From: Eremomyces bilateralis CBS 781.70
Taxonomy: Eukaryota
Assembly (NCBI GenBank): GCA_010015585.1
Contig: ML975149.1
Strand: one strand, 5' to 3'
DNA length: 42,633 bases
How positions within the stretch are numbered: position 1 is the first letter of the stretch; every line of letters starts with the position of its first letter. Below are positions 13,326-25,337 of this stretch, in pieces. Made by a program: the position numbers and the translations under genes. Under the pieces are notes generated by a model. It was given only the letters and a program-made list of their open reading frames with translations, was not told where the DNA came from and searched no databases.

Positions 13326-14139
13326 TCGCTCCGGCTTCCAGCTCCAGTTTCCAGTTGCGGACTAGCCCAATTCGGACCAAAACAGTTCGACCGTATCAGC
13401 GGACGCTGGTTCAAGATCTTCCACATCTTCTCATCACTATCATCGCGTTCTCAAGGTCTCGCAAATATGGCTTCAGGAACTTTCCTTGTCTCTAACAAAC
13501 TCTTCCCTATCAGCGATCTTATGTCAGCCGTTTTACGAGTAGGAATTATGGCTGTTGCTCTCAAAGACGCCGCTTATTCGATGATAGGCGGTCTTGTTTT
13601 TCTCGTTCTTATAACTTTGTATAATATTTCTAGATCGTGGTTATATGACGAGACAGACAGGCATCTATATGCTCTGCCATCTGAGGGTCTAAATGTTTTC
13701 CAGGGCTGGAAAGAGATTCGTCTGAAAGGCCCATCGGCCATCGCTCTGTAGGCTGAGGCCATTTGCGGGGACTATTCTGGAGCCCTTCCCGAGATTAGGG
13801 CACTATGATTGCTTAGTTACACATCATTTAGTCAATCCTACCAATAACGATAAGTCTGTTACCCTCGTCGAGCGTTTAATAGTTCGCCCTGAAATCGATG
13901 TGAAGACTTCGATGTCTAATGAAGGCACCCGGCAAATGGAAACGGATTATGCTAATCACCGGCCTCAGCTTCGGTGTCTTGAAATAGTTAGGATCTGCAA
14001 TGCCTATATCGCAGTCTGAACGTCTGATTGCAAGTCCCATGCCAACCAGTTGTTATTTAACCCGAAGTTCCTGCCACTAAATTTATGAAATTTCTGCATT
14101 TGCTCATTCATGCTCTTCAATATCCGGCTAATCTAAAGG

Positions 14140-15386
14140 ATGTCTGAATTCGACGATCTACTTGCCAAGTTCACCGAAAAGGGGCACGCAAAAGTCCATG
14201 GCGCACTTTTCCAATGCGTGGATAAGCATGGTAGGTTGCCACTCGATCGAAAATTTGTAGTGAGCTCAAGTTGACTGAAACAGGGAATGAGATATACAAC
14301 AAAATCTCAGGCTATGACTCCTTAGGAGGAGACGCGGCACCCCTTCGCGAGGATTGCGTTCTCAAGATGACGAGCGGCAGCAAATTGATGGCCAGTATCG
14401 CATTGCTCCAATGCGTCGACAAGGGTCTCATTGGTCTTGATGAACCAATCGCTAAGGTTCTCCCGGAGCTTGAAGACAAGGAAATTCTGAAGCTCGGATC
14501 CGAGTCGGAACTGATATCTGAACCGAGCAAAACCAAGATCACCGCCAGACATCTCCTCACGCATACCTCTGGTCTGGCATATCGATTTCTGAACCCGCTA
14601 CTCATCAAATGGGCCACAACTCCGGCAGCTCAACAAGACAAGATTGGCGTCTCCATCGCGGAGAAATACAACGTACCGCTTGTATTCGAGCCTGGAGATG
14701 GGTGGGCTTACGGAGTGGGGATAGACTGGGCAGGGTTGGCTGTCCGCCGCCTACACGGGGGAATGTCCCTGGAAGACTACATGAATGAGAACATCTGGAG
14801 CAAAGTCGGCCTCTCTGCTCCATTTCCAACTTTCCAGATTTCGAAAGATCCCGAGTACAAGTCGAGACTGATGAAGGCAGCCGAGCGCACACCAGACGGA
14901 CTCCTTCAACCGTTCGAATTCTGGCAGGGCGACAATCCAAACGAGCAAGACGGCGGTCATGGATTGGTGGCCACGGCGAAAGACTATCTCGCTGTACTCG
15001 CAGATTTGATTTCGGACTCGCCAAAACTGCTGAAGCCAGAGACCATCGCTTTAGCCTTCGAACCACAGATTGCCCCTGGCTCACCGGCGATGACGATGTT
15101 GCAGCAACTCCGACCTGCTTGGGAAACCATTTCTGGTCCCGTCTCAAACAGTGAGGTAAACCACGGCTTACTTGGATTGCTGTTGACGGGCAACATGCCG
15201 GAAATTGGCCAGCCAAAAGGTATTCTGGGGTGGGGAGGTGCTGCTGGTACGATTTGGTTTGTTTCCAAGGAGTCGGGCGTTGCGGGCATCTTCGGAACGC
15301 AAATTTCGCCTTTTGGGGATGCTGCAGTCAAGGAGCTCATTAATGCTTGGAAGAAAGACTTCTGGTCTGGATTCAACGCGGCTTAG
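14140..15386 (+). CDS. Serine beta-lactamase family hydrolase / LovD-like transesterase
   Basis: ATG 14140, intron ~14231-14284; SxxK motif (MTSGSKL), ITARHLLTHTSG, PLVFEPGDGWAYG, WGGAAG. Confidence 0.88.
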
Positions 15387-15587
15387 GTTGCGGTCTCGGG
15401 ATCGAGAGCAAGTGAGTCAATGGATATCTGTGGCGTAGTTCGGTTTCGGAGTGCAACTTCTTTTGTACATTGTTTCTAGAACAATCGCTAATACGGCGCT
15501 TAAGCCCGCATAGACATGTGGAAATTGTCGAGTGCGATCAAGAAAGATACTTGTAATCCCCCAGGTGACTCAAAGTAGTAGTTACGC

Positions 15588-15627
15588 TGTCGTTAAATTT
15601 AGATGCTTCGACGCCTCGGATAATTGG
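15588..15627 (+). repeat. Direct repeat, copy 2
   Basis: Matches 13286-13325 at 36/40 positions. Confidence 0.85.
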
Positions 15628-15826
15628 GCCGCTATAGCGCGCTAGTCCAAATCGGGTTAATACACGCCGAGGTCATTCAGACATCTGAATTCTGAAGATC
15701 ACTGATCAGGAAAGTTTTGGTATAGAATATATTGTTATATCTGAAATTTATCGCTCCTAGTAAGCTTCCAGTTGAAAAGAAATCCATTCTCAATAGCAGT
15801 AATCGAAGAACGGAGAATCCCGAGCC

Positions 15827-16888
15827 ATGAGCGTCGCAGAAGGCGCCCCGAAGCATGGCCAAGTCGCCCACCTCCTCCCGCAGACGTACAAGCGCCTGGT
15901 CGCCGAGTGGCTGGAAGAAGACACCCCGAGTTTCGACTACGGTGGCTTCGTTGTTGGCGAAGAGATCTCCGAAGCCAAGTTATTGGGTAAATCGAAAGTA
16001 CGCCATGTCTTAGTCGGCCACCACTTGAAATACCAATCCAGCTCACTGGGAATCGACTACTAACTGTCCCGCATTATAGGGCGTGGTGGCCGGTGTCCCG
16101 TTCTTCGATGAAGTGTTCAAGCAGCTGGACTGCAGGTGGGTTAATTGCCCCTTCCTCGCGCGTCCGCCACTGACTTCTGCCCAAGCGTGCAATGGCATGT
16201 CCAAGAGGGGAAGTCATTCGAACCAGTCACGCACTGCGCCACCGTCCGCGGACCAGTGCGTAAGCTCCTCCTCGGCGAGCGAGTAGCGCTCAACACGCTT
16301 GCCCGCTGCTCCGGCATTGCCACCAAGTCTGCCGACCTGCTGGCGCTGCTACGGAAGGCTGGCTACCAGAACACCCTCGCCGGGACCCGCAAGACCACGC
16401 CTGGCTTCCGTCTCGTGGAGAAGTACGGCATGCTCGTGGGCGGCTGTGATCCTCATCGTCACGATCTCTCCGCTATGACGATGCTGAAAGACAATCATGT
16501 CACGAGCGCGGGGAGCATCACGTCTGCCGTCGCCTCGGCCAAAGCAGCGGGTGGCTTCGCAGTCAAGGTGGAGGTAGAGTGTCAGACGTTCGAAGAGGCA
16601 GACGAGGCGATCTCGGCCGGGGCGGATGTGGTCATGCTTGATAATTTCACTGGGGAGGGGGTCAAGGTGTGTGCGAAGCAGCTGAAAGAGAAGTGGGGGA
16701 GGGGAAAGGCGCTGGTGGAAGTGAGTGGCGGGCTGACGGAGGAGAATGTGGAGGCATATGTGTGTCAGGACATCGATGTGATCAGCACGAGCAGCATCCA
16801 TCAAGGTGTGAAACATGTAGACTTTTCATTGAAGATAGTTCCGAAGTCCGGAGGGGGACCAGGAAAGGGAGAGTCGACGGAAGTATAG
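15827..16888 (+). CDS. BNA6: Nicotinate-nucleotide pyrophosphorylase (quinolinate phosphoribosyltransferase)
   Basis: [71 protein letters not shown]; two introns (~15998-16079, ~16136-16186). Confidence 0.95.
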
Positions 16889-17073
16889 CGTGTACAATAG
16901 TGTCAGAAGTACTCCTGAAAGACCACCGCCTGCCACAAGTGTCGCAGCAATTGTACACCAAAGCATTTCGGATCCCGACTTAACACCAAACGCCCCTTCA
17001 AAGTCTTCATGGGCCCTCAATAAACGCCGTACACGATGCTCAGAAGGAAACAGAAGTGGATGAGAGCATCACG

Positions 17074-18822
17074 CTAGTGTTTGCTCTTCTTGTGCTTCTT
17101 GCCCTCGTCATCATCATGCTTCCTCTTCTTCTTATCCTTCTTCTCCTTCTTCACCTCCTTCACCTCCTCCTCAGCCTCGGCATCATCCTCATCAACAGCG
17201 GACTTAGACTTCCGCTTCTCCTTCTTCTCCTTCTTGTCCTTCTTAACCTTGCTGCGCACTTTCTGATCGGTCGCTTGGGCGGTGACACCATCCGCCATCT
17301 CGACATCCTCGTCGGCAGTAGCGGTCGGGTCGATCTGAATCTCAGACAGCACGGAATCCATAGCCGTTTTCTATGCGCGAATTAGATGCAGGCACTCTGA
17401 ATGCAGGGGAATGAGGCTTACCATAACATCGGCATTCTTGCTGGGCGCGGCACCAGTGTTGTAGAAGTCGATTCGCTCCTCAACCTGTTTCCTCAGCGCC
17501 TCACCGAACGCCCGCGTTGGGGCATCGGAAAAGTTATCGATACGAGCTGCAACCGACGTCTTGTTTGCCAAGAACCGGGATATCCTTCCCTTGTTCTTCG
17601 GGCCAGCTTTCTGGATGAAAGATGAGTGGTAAATGAGACCGTATTTCGGGGTCGCTCCCTTGGTCTTCAGAGCTCGGAATAGCGCTTTCTCAGCTCCCAG
17701 GATCTGCACCGTCGATGCGGCGCATTTGGCAAGGTTGGTCAAGCTGCCTGCCTTGGCGATGAGGCGCGCGCCAACGGTGTCGCCAATAAGAGCGGCCACG
17801 TTAGGAGCCACGATGGACATCTTGGAAATGAGGTAATTCTGGAGGCTCTTGCGGAACTTCGAAAGTTGCACCGCCCTCTTGGCGAAGTTCATGACATGGT
17901 CCATGTCTCCTTCAGACATGTCGCGTCCCATGCTGACCTTTGCCGCATTGATGATGCTCTGCGCCACCGCTTCATCATCGTCAACAAGAGCAGCGAGTTC
18001 ATGCAGCTTGTCGTCGGACAGTGACTTCTTGTCGCCAATGAAAAGGGCCACAGTAGCATATTTCTGGTTCTCTGAAACGAGGCGGACAAGCTCGGGGAAA
18101 TGCCACGAATACCATTCTCGGACGCGCATGGAGAACGTATTGACAGCCTTCTCGAGATGGTCGAGGGTCGCAATCGCCTGGATGATATGGTTGTCGTTCT
18201 TCTGCACGCTGAACTTTACCCTCGCGCGAGAGTATGCGTGACCCAAACCAAGCTGAGCTTGACCGATGTCGGTCTCCTGCAGCTGCTTCAGGAGCTTGGG
18301 AGCATGCTGGCGGAGTCCGCGAAGGAGGTCCGCAACGACTTCGCTGGTCTCCGACGTCTCGCATTCGATGTAGGGGAACGACGACTTGATGCTCGACGCA
18401 AGATTCTTGTCGGAGACACCGAGGATGGATTTCTTCGATTTAGACTTGGGAATGTTCGCTTCGACAACGGCCATCAGGAAATTGGATGCAAGGCCTTCCG
18501 AAATCTCGTTTGCGTTTTCGAGGGCTTGGCTGGCACCTTGGAATGGCGCGAAGGACACAAGGTCGACCATTTTCCCTTCATCGAGTCAGTATTTAAGACG
18601 CCCATCGTGATGATGGAATGTGTACCGAAGGTTGCCAGGTTTTGGGATCGCTCCTGCACCTCTTTAAGCCTGTTGCCGACACTATCGGCCTGCAAGGCGA
18701 CCTTGAAGATCTACTCGAAGTCAGCTGTGTGAACTTTTGCTACGAACTTTTGCGACGAGGCATTGTGCAACACATACCGAGTAGCCCACACTGGACTCAT
18801 AGAGCAAGTAGTCGGCCGTCAT
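17074..18822 (-). CDS. NOP56: Box C/D snoRNP protein Nop56
   Basis: MTADYLLYES..., SVGNRLKEVQE, AQLGLGHAYSRARVKFSVQKNDNHIIQAIA, STVQILGAEKALFRALKTKGATPKYGLIYHS; last exon has the KKE/D-rich tail. Confidence 0.95.
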
Positions 18823-19181
18823 CTTGACGGATATTTTGTCTCACAATGGTTCTCGAATTCGAAAGATTGGGAAAGAGGACGATCGCACTTTCGTTGAGAT
18901 TTTCCGTAGAAGTGAAGGTGAAGTGCAGCTTGAAGCAAAATTTCGAGCGGAGCAAAATGGGCGCATGTGATTGGTTGGGAGCCAGGGTGAAATATTTAGC
19001 CGACGCCGACGTTTGGAAGGAACGCGAATCAGGAAGCAGCCATCGCGGGTCCGAACTTTTGGCAAAAGTTCACCGTGCAGCACCTGTGTGAGAGACTCTC
19101 AGAGACAGAGCTACAGCATTTGGCTGTATCCCACAACTTCGTCTTGAATCATTTCCATTTCTTCCTGTTATTCTCGCAATC

Positions 19182-21202
19182 ATGTCTGCTGCACAGCTAT
19201 TGAACCCCAAGGCCGAGTCGAGGGTATTTGGATATCCAGCTCCTATTACCGTCCAGAGCTAACAGTCCTGCAGAGGAGAGGAGAAGCCCTCAAGGTCAAC
19301 ATCTCCGCTGGAGAAGGTCTACAGCAGGTATGGAGAGCTGGTTCATATATCGAGCTTCTAAAGCTAACCAGTCGGGAATATAGGTCTTGTCATCAAACTT
19401 GGGACCACTGGGAACGCTGAAGATGTATGTCCTGTGATGCTGCCTGAAAGGACGATGAGCTAATTCATTCTATAGGTTGGTTGATGGATCAGGAAGCGTT
19501 CGTCTACCTATGCAAGCGTGATGATATGAACTGAACGTCTCTAGATCAAACTCACAAAAGATGGCAGCGTCTTATTAAAAGAGATGGTATGTCCATTTCA
19601 GCCTCCAGCCTAGACCACGAGCTTACAGTCCTCAGCAAATCCAAAATCCCACCGCCGTCATGATCGCCCGCGCCGCTACCGCACAAGACGAAATCACCGG
19701 CGACGGTACCACCTCAGTTGTTCTCATGGTCGGCGAACTCCTCAAGCAAGCGGACCGCTACATCTCCGAAGGGCTGCACCCTCGAGTGATCACGGACGGC
19801 TACGAGCTCGCGAAGACGGAAGCGCTCAAATTCCTCGACGCTTTCAAGCTGAAGCGTGAGGTCGACCGCGAACTCCTGCTTTCCGTTGCCCGCACATCGC
19901 TCGCTACCAAATTGAACAGCTCGCTTGCCGAGAAGCTGACTCCTGATATCGTGGATGCGGTGTTGGCGATCTACCAGGCGCCTGCGAAGCCGGATTTACA
20001 TATGGTGGAGATCATGACGATGCAGCATCGGACGGCGTCGGATACCCAGCTGATTCGTGGGCTGGCGCTGGACCATGGAGCGAGACATCCGGACATGCCG
20101 AAGAAGGTCAAGAATGCGTTCATCCTAACACTAAACGTGAGCTTGGAGTACGAGAAGTCGGAGATCAACTCCGGATTCTACTACTCGAGCGCCGACCAGC
20201 GGGAAAAGCTCGTCGAGAGTGAGCGAAAATTTGTGGACGCGAAGCTGAGGAAGATCGTGGAGTTGAAGCAGCATGTTTGCGGTGATGATCCGAAGAAGGG
20301 ATTCGTCGTCATCAACCAGAAAGGAATCGATCCTCTGAGCTTGGATGTGTTGGTCAAGAACGGGATCTTCGCCTTAAGAAGAGCCAAGCGAAGGAACATG
20401 GAGAGGTTACAGCTCATCTGTGGAGGCATCGCTCAGAACAGCGTTGAAGATCTGTCACCGGACGTTCTTGGGTGGGCTGGGCTGGTTTATGAGCATCAGC
20501 TCGGTGAAGAAAAGTTCACGTTCATCGTAAGTACCACGCCTACACTCCGACTCCGCATCTGACTCTTGCATAGGAGGAGGTCAAGGACCCCAAATCCGTC
20601 ACACTCCTGATCAAAGGTCCCAATCAGCACACCATCACGCAGATCAAGGATGCTGTTCGTGATGGCCTCCGCAGCGTGTATAACATGATCGTCGACAAGA
20701 GCGTGGTCCCTGGTGCCGGAGCCTTCCAGGTCGCCTGCCACGCCCATCTGACCGGCGAGAAGTTCCGCAAGGAAGTCAAGGGCAAGGCGAAGTACGGAGT
20801 AACCGCATTCGCGGATGCGCTGCTTGTGATCCCCAAGACCCTCGCCGCCAACGCTGGCCATGATGTTCAGGATTCCCGTAAGTTTCGAACGATTGAATGG
20901 GCGTGGTTGCTAGTGCTAATGGCGTCTAGTTGCCGCACTTCAGGATGAGCAGGCGGAAGGCAATGTCGTTGGTCTGGACCTCATCACCGGTGAGCCGATG
21001 GATCCCGTCCAAGAAGGTGTATTCGACTCTTTCCGAGTGCTGCGAAACTGCATAGCATCAAGCTCGGGCATTGCCTCGAACTTGCTGCTATGTGATGAGA
21101 TGCTCAAAGCACGGCAGATGGTAAGTGTTGATAGCCGCCTTTCATCCCGTTGATTTACTAATCCTTCAATAGGGCGGTGGAGGACCTCCAGGAGGAGACT
21201 GA
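19182..21202 (+). CDS. CCT6: T-complex protein 1 subunit zeta (chaperonin CCT6), multi-exon
   Basis: [13 protein letters not shown]..., [17 protein letters not shown]-type [53 protein letters not shown]; final exon GGGGPPGGD* ends at 21202. Confidence 0.95.
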
Positions 21203-21676
21203 TGACCATACCTTTGGTGAAGGACTTCGAGTCGCTGCTGAAGGACCAACGTTGAAAGACGACCATTAGAGTATACCCAAAAAACATTGCGGCACTGTAC
21301 AGTAATGAAAATGCCTGTTATCATCGGCGACAGGGCGCTCTGGTCTATAGGTCCATTAGAAATCAACTTCAGGGGTACAGCATCAAATCTCTGCAAATAG
21401 GCCGGTGCCTCATCGTTCTTGATATCCTCCGACTCTGGTCTCTATAGTATGCGGGCAATAATACGGTCGTTCCATCGCCTACCGACTGCTAGCCTCATAC
21501 CCAAATAACCCAATGTCCTGTCTGACCAAATTCACCCCAGTCCTCCAAAGAATTCCAGTCCATGTGAATAATAGAACATCCATGATGCACCACACAGTAA
21601 CCATTTGTCCTAACCGCTTTTCTAAGCTCGAATCCCGCCCAAATAAAAAAATATAGATCAGAAGCCAAAAACAAAA

Positions 21677-21795
21677 ACATACAGCAATGGGAGTTCCCAC
21701 GTGGTCACCCACCGTAGTACTATTCCATCTCTAACCTGCTTGAGTACGGCAGAGCGGACGGGATGCCCTATATTCAGGTTGATGTGGCCGTATGT
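21677..21795 (-). rRNA. 5S rRNA gene, intact (119 nt)
   Basis: Reverse complement ACATACGGCCACATCAACCTGAATATAGGGCATCCCGTCCGCTCTGCCGTACTCAAGCAGG...TAGTACTACGGTGGGTGACCACGTGGGAACTCCCATTGCTGTATGT; pairing ends, T-run terminator (TTTTGTTTTT), ATATT at -27 to -23. Confidence 0.95.
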
Positions 21796-21863
21796 AGCAT
21801 TAAGTGAAACTTTTCACAATATCAACCTAGCAATCTGCAAAATTCAACAAAACAAAAACAAAA

Positions 21864-21898
21864 ACATACAGCAATGGGAGTTCCCCTATGGTCTCCCA
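21864..21898 (-). pseudogene. 5S rRNA 3' fragment (about nt 85-119) of a second, disrupted tandem copy
   Basis: acatacagcaatgggagttcccctatggtctccca matches 21677-21711 with a few substitutions and has the same terminator flank; similarity stops after 21898. Confidence 0.9.
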
Positions 21899-22010
21899 GC
21901 GGTATAAACGAGGTCGAAAACAGAGGGCCAATACCGCCGAAAGACGAGGGCCCGTCGAAAATACACTCTGGTAAGGATCGTAAAGATGCCCATTCTCCCT
22001 AGTTTTCCAA

Positions 22011-22089
22011 TCTCGCTCTCAGTCAGGAGTCCTGTTCGCAGTTTCTACAGTCTCGCCCTCAGTCAGGAGCTCCGTTCGCAGTTCTACAG
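22011..22089 (+). repeat. Two-copy ~40 bp tandem repeat upstream of the captain
   Basis: tctcgctctcagtcaggagtcctgttcgcagtttctacag followed by tctcgccctcagtcaggagctccgttcgcagttctacag. Confidence 0.85.
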
Positions 22090-22194
22090 TACCCTTCTTC
22101 AGTTCCAGTTCCATCAGGTTCGGAGGTAGTCGACGCTATCAACGCTCCACGCAGCCAAAATCCTCGACGCCTATTCCAAGATACGTCTTTGACT

Positions 22195-24678
22195 ATGGCG
22201 CCACGACGCACTATTAAAAAGGGCGAAGCCGGAGAACAAGAGGCAAAGGAGCGTCTAGCTGGCTTCCAGAGCAAGCCCCTCGACGATACGGTCCCAGTGT
22301 CGGACAGAACTACCTACAAGCGCGGCTACGCCATGTGGCTCTTCAAGGAGTACGAAACACCTGGACTTATCATGCCTATGACCTACACTCACATCCTCTA
22401 GATACGTTCGCGACGTCCTACACCGCGAGCCGGACGATACCTGGTTATCCCTTTGCAGCTCTTCACCAGTAGAGGTAGCCTTGGCTCAGGATACATGTCG
22501 TGCCTTTCTCCAGACCTATGTCTCCGACTCTTCGGTCTCCCGGGTTGCGTTGGGAGACCAAGAATCCGAGGAGGTCCGACAGGTGAATCGAGTATCAAGC
22601 GTCCTGACAGTGTGGAGAGCTCTTGTGCAGGAAGGAGACGAAGCAGTCCTTGCCCCCAAAAGAAGAGAGAACAGGTGCGCCGCGAGGCAATGGAGGCTCG
22701 TCAATCCAAGTGGAAAACTGATTTCAGGGCCCGTATGGGAGGTTTCCAATGTGAGGTCTGCCCTCTATTTATGCGGGGAAGGATACTAACGTCCCCGTAG
22801 TGGATTGTCCACGACCTTCCTTCGCTTACCGGTATCTCTAACGAACTCAAGCGCCAAAAGCGGGCTGCGACTGCTCAGGATATAGTGGTCATTATGCAGG
22901 CTCTCCTGAATCGATATCGAGATATCCTCTACTCTACGGCACAACTTAGCGACTTTGCCATGATCGTGCTCTATATGGCTATTGGCGGATTCCGGACTAA
23001 CTGTCCTAGAAACCTGAAGTATGCAGACGTCAGGATAGGACTCGCCAACGTTGACGGGAAAACGAACGTATTCGTACGAATCCGAATGCCAGAAAACAAA
23101 CTGCGAGTGGCTTCCCTAAAGCCTGCGAGCCCCGGGCGCGAGTTTGCCGTGGCCATTTTACCATGCCGACTGGTCTGCCTTGCGAGTCACGTCATTGGCC
23201 GCGCTCTAGTACGGCGTGCTTTCAGGGCCGGATATACGTCCTTTGATCAAGTTTTGACCCGGCCCAGCCTTCGAGGTTGCAAAGTCCTTTTCCTTCCTTG
23301 GGCACAAGGCCTGGGCGATCTCCCATTCGTCGATATCAGCGGGTCGCAGTTCTACAGGATATGGTATCGCTGCCGCGAAGTCGCCGGCATGGAGGATCCT
23401 CCGATCCCCTACTCTATGCGAGTCGGTTCCGGGGGCAAAATTATTGGAATTCTCGGCGAGTTGCTTGGGAATTGGATGCTTATGCACAAATCGAATACTC
23501 ACCAGGAGTATTATTTCCCGGATTACGTGTCTCAGAATCTAGCGCGTGTCACGCTGGGCGTGCTCGCGCCTCCTGAAGATGCCCTTTTCTCCCTTCTGTC
23601 GGACTTATCATCCACGGTGGATCCCTTTGCCCCATGCCACCTGAGTGAAGAAGAGTTTAAAAAGCTGCTTAAGAGACGAGATGTCCAAGCTCTTCAGGAC
23701 CATAAGACAGGACAGCGCAACCTATTAGATCAGTTATCCTACTTGGCTATTCGAGAGAAGCGGGAGAAATACTTTCGCAATATGGAAGATGCACGGGCGC
23801 TGGGAGGCAATATTACCATTACCGAGCCGCCGATTTCGAACAGCGACGTCATCGTTGATGTAACCCCCGTTGATGAAGAAGGCCGGGCTTCATTTATTGA
23901 GTTACTGGCTAGCTACTCCCGCCTTTTGAAGAGAAGCAAAAAGAATGACTCTAACCGAAACGTTCCAGATCTATGTCCTCGGTCTATCTGCGTCCTTTGC
24001 GATCCGACTGGGAAGGCTTTATCTTTCTCACAACATTCATCTCTTACTAGGCACTATCGGATCATATATTTGCGGCATGGTCACCTAGACGAAATACGCG
24101 AATGCCCAGTTCCTGGCTGCGGCTTGGCTATTGACGCTGGCGTATCTCCGTGTTACTGTCACTTAGAACGCCAGCACGGCAAATACTATACGCCCGCTGC
24201 TCATCGACATATCGAACGTTCAATCTGCGTCCTCTGCGATCCGACTGGCCGTCGGTTGTCCTTTTCCTAGCGCCAGGATTTGATAGCACACTTTAAGGCT
24301 GATCATCTACCCTTGGGACATCTCGATCAAGCTCGTCAATGCCCAGTTCCTGACTGCGGGTCAAAGATTCAAGCTGGAATACAACCATTTTGCGATCACT
24401 TGCAGCGCACGCATGGGAAGCATTACACGCCTCATCTATACAATAATGGGTTAAAGCAGCGTGAACATCATCGATTGTATAAGCGAGTTCAACCAACATC
24501 CGAATTTCAGAAAAAGAGCGCAGTTGCAATTAGAGCAAAACGGAAAGCAGATGATGATATCGGGAGGCCCGACTTTGATCTGCTCGAGCAAACGCTCCAG
24601 GACGAAATCTTTACTGTAGATTCGGATAAAGACCCGGTTGCGAAGAAACGAAAGCAAAACGTAGTTGCAGATTATTAA
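22195..24678 (+). CDS. Starship captain-type tyrosine recombinase (DUF3435-like) with C-terminal C2H2-like fingers; in-frame TAG at 24268-24270
   Basis: ATG 22195, introns ~22350-22401 and ~22751-22800 keep the frame; YR-like residues GGFR, ENK, YSMR, LMH, QEYY in order; ORF 24280-24678 continues in the same frame after one stop. Confidence 0.8.
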
Positions 24679-25080
24679 AGAGTTCTAAGTTGGGCAACAG
24701 TTGATATGTTTAACAGCATCAGAATCATTCGGCTCGTCAATGAATTTAGATACAACCTAGGAGAAAATTGCAGCGTATCTCATTTCCTTCCAACCTTCGA
24801 TGCTATGTATTTATAAATCATCATCGGAGAGTTGCTGAAACGCCTTCATCTGCAAATACGTGATGTCACGATGTTGTTCATGAGAAGAACCCATCTCCCG
24901 CGAGGAGATCGATGTACAAACTGACTTAGCCTCCCCTCCATTTACGGGAGGACACTCGGTTCTATTGGGGAACTTGCCAAAAATTCAATACCATGGCTTG
25001 CCTTCTCTTTCTTCAAGCACTATTCATACAACAGCTCTCACCGCAAATATCTCCGAGTATCCATACCTCATGATAGTCTT

Positions 25081-25337
25081 CTACATTAATAGTCGCAGAG
25101 CCCAGGTCACAGTGTTCGCCTCACACTTCGTACCATCCGCCATCGTCATCAGCGTCGCGCATCCCCAGGCGCATTGCCCAAACGTCGTCCCATCGATGCA
25201 GTAAAATCCGGTCTCCGAGCATGGGACCTGGCCGGCTGCGCATGAACGTTGCGGATTAGCGACAGGGGCGACAGGAACAGGCTTGGCCGGAGCAAGTGGC
25301 GGTTGGGCTGCCGCAGGCGAAGGCTTTGAAAGAGATA
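25081..25337 (-). pseudogene. C-terminal fragment of a secreted-type protein: Pro/Ala linker plus Cys-rich, CBM19-like carbohydrate-binding module
   Basis: PSPAAAQPPLAPAKPVPVAPV then CAAGQVPCSETGFYCIDGTTFGQCAWGCATLMTMADGTKC; 5' end abuts a solo LTR and no native start or signal peptide is present. Confidence 0.6.

Noticed and set aside
12400..14100. Many short ORFs on both strands
   Set aside because: No recognisable motifs; consistent with intergenic/promoter DNA between divergent genes.
17056..17385. Leu-rich membrane-like ORF on the + strand
   Set aside because: Antisense shadow of the KKE/D-rich Nop56 tail.
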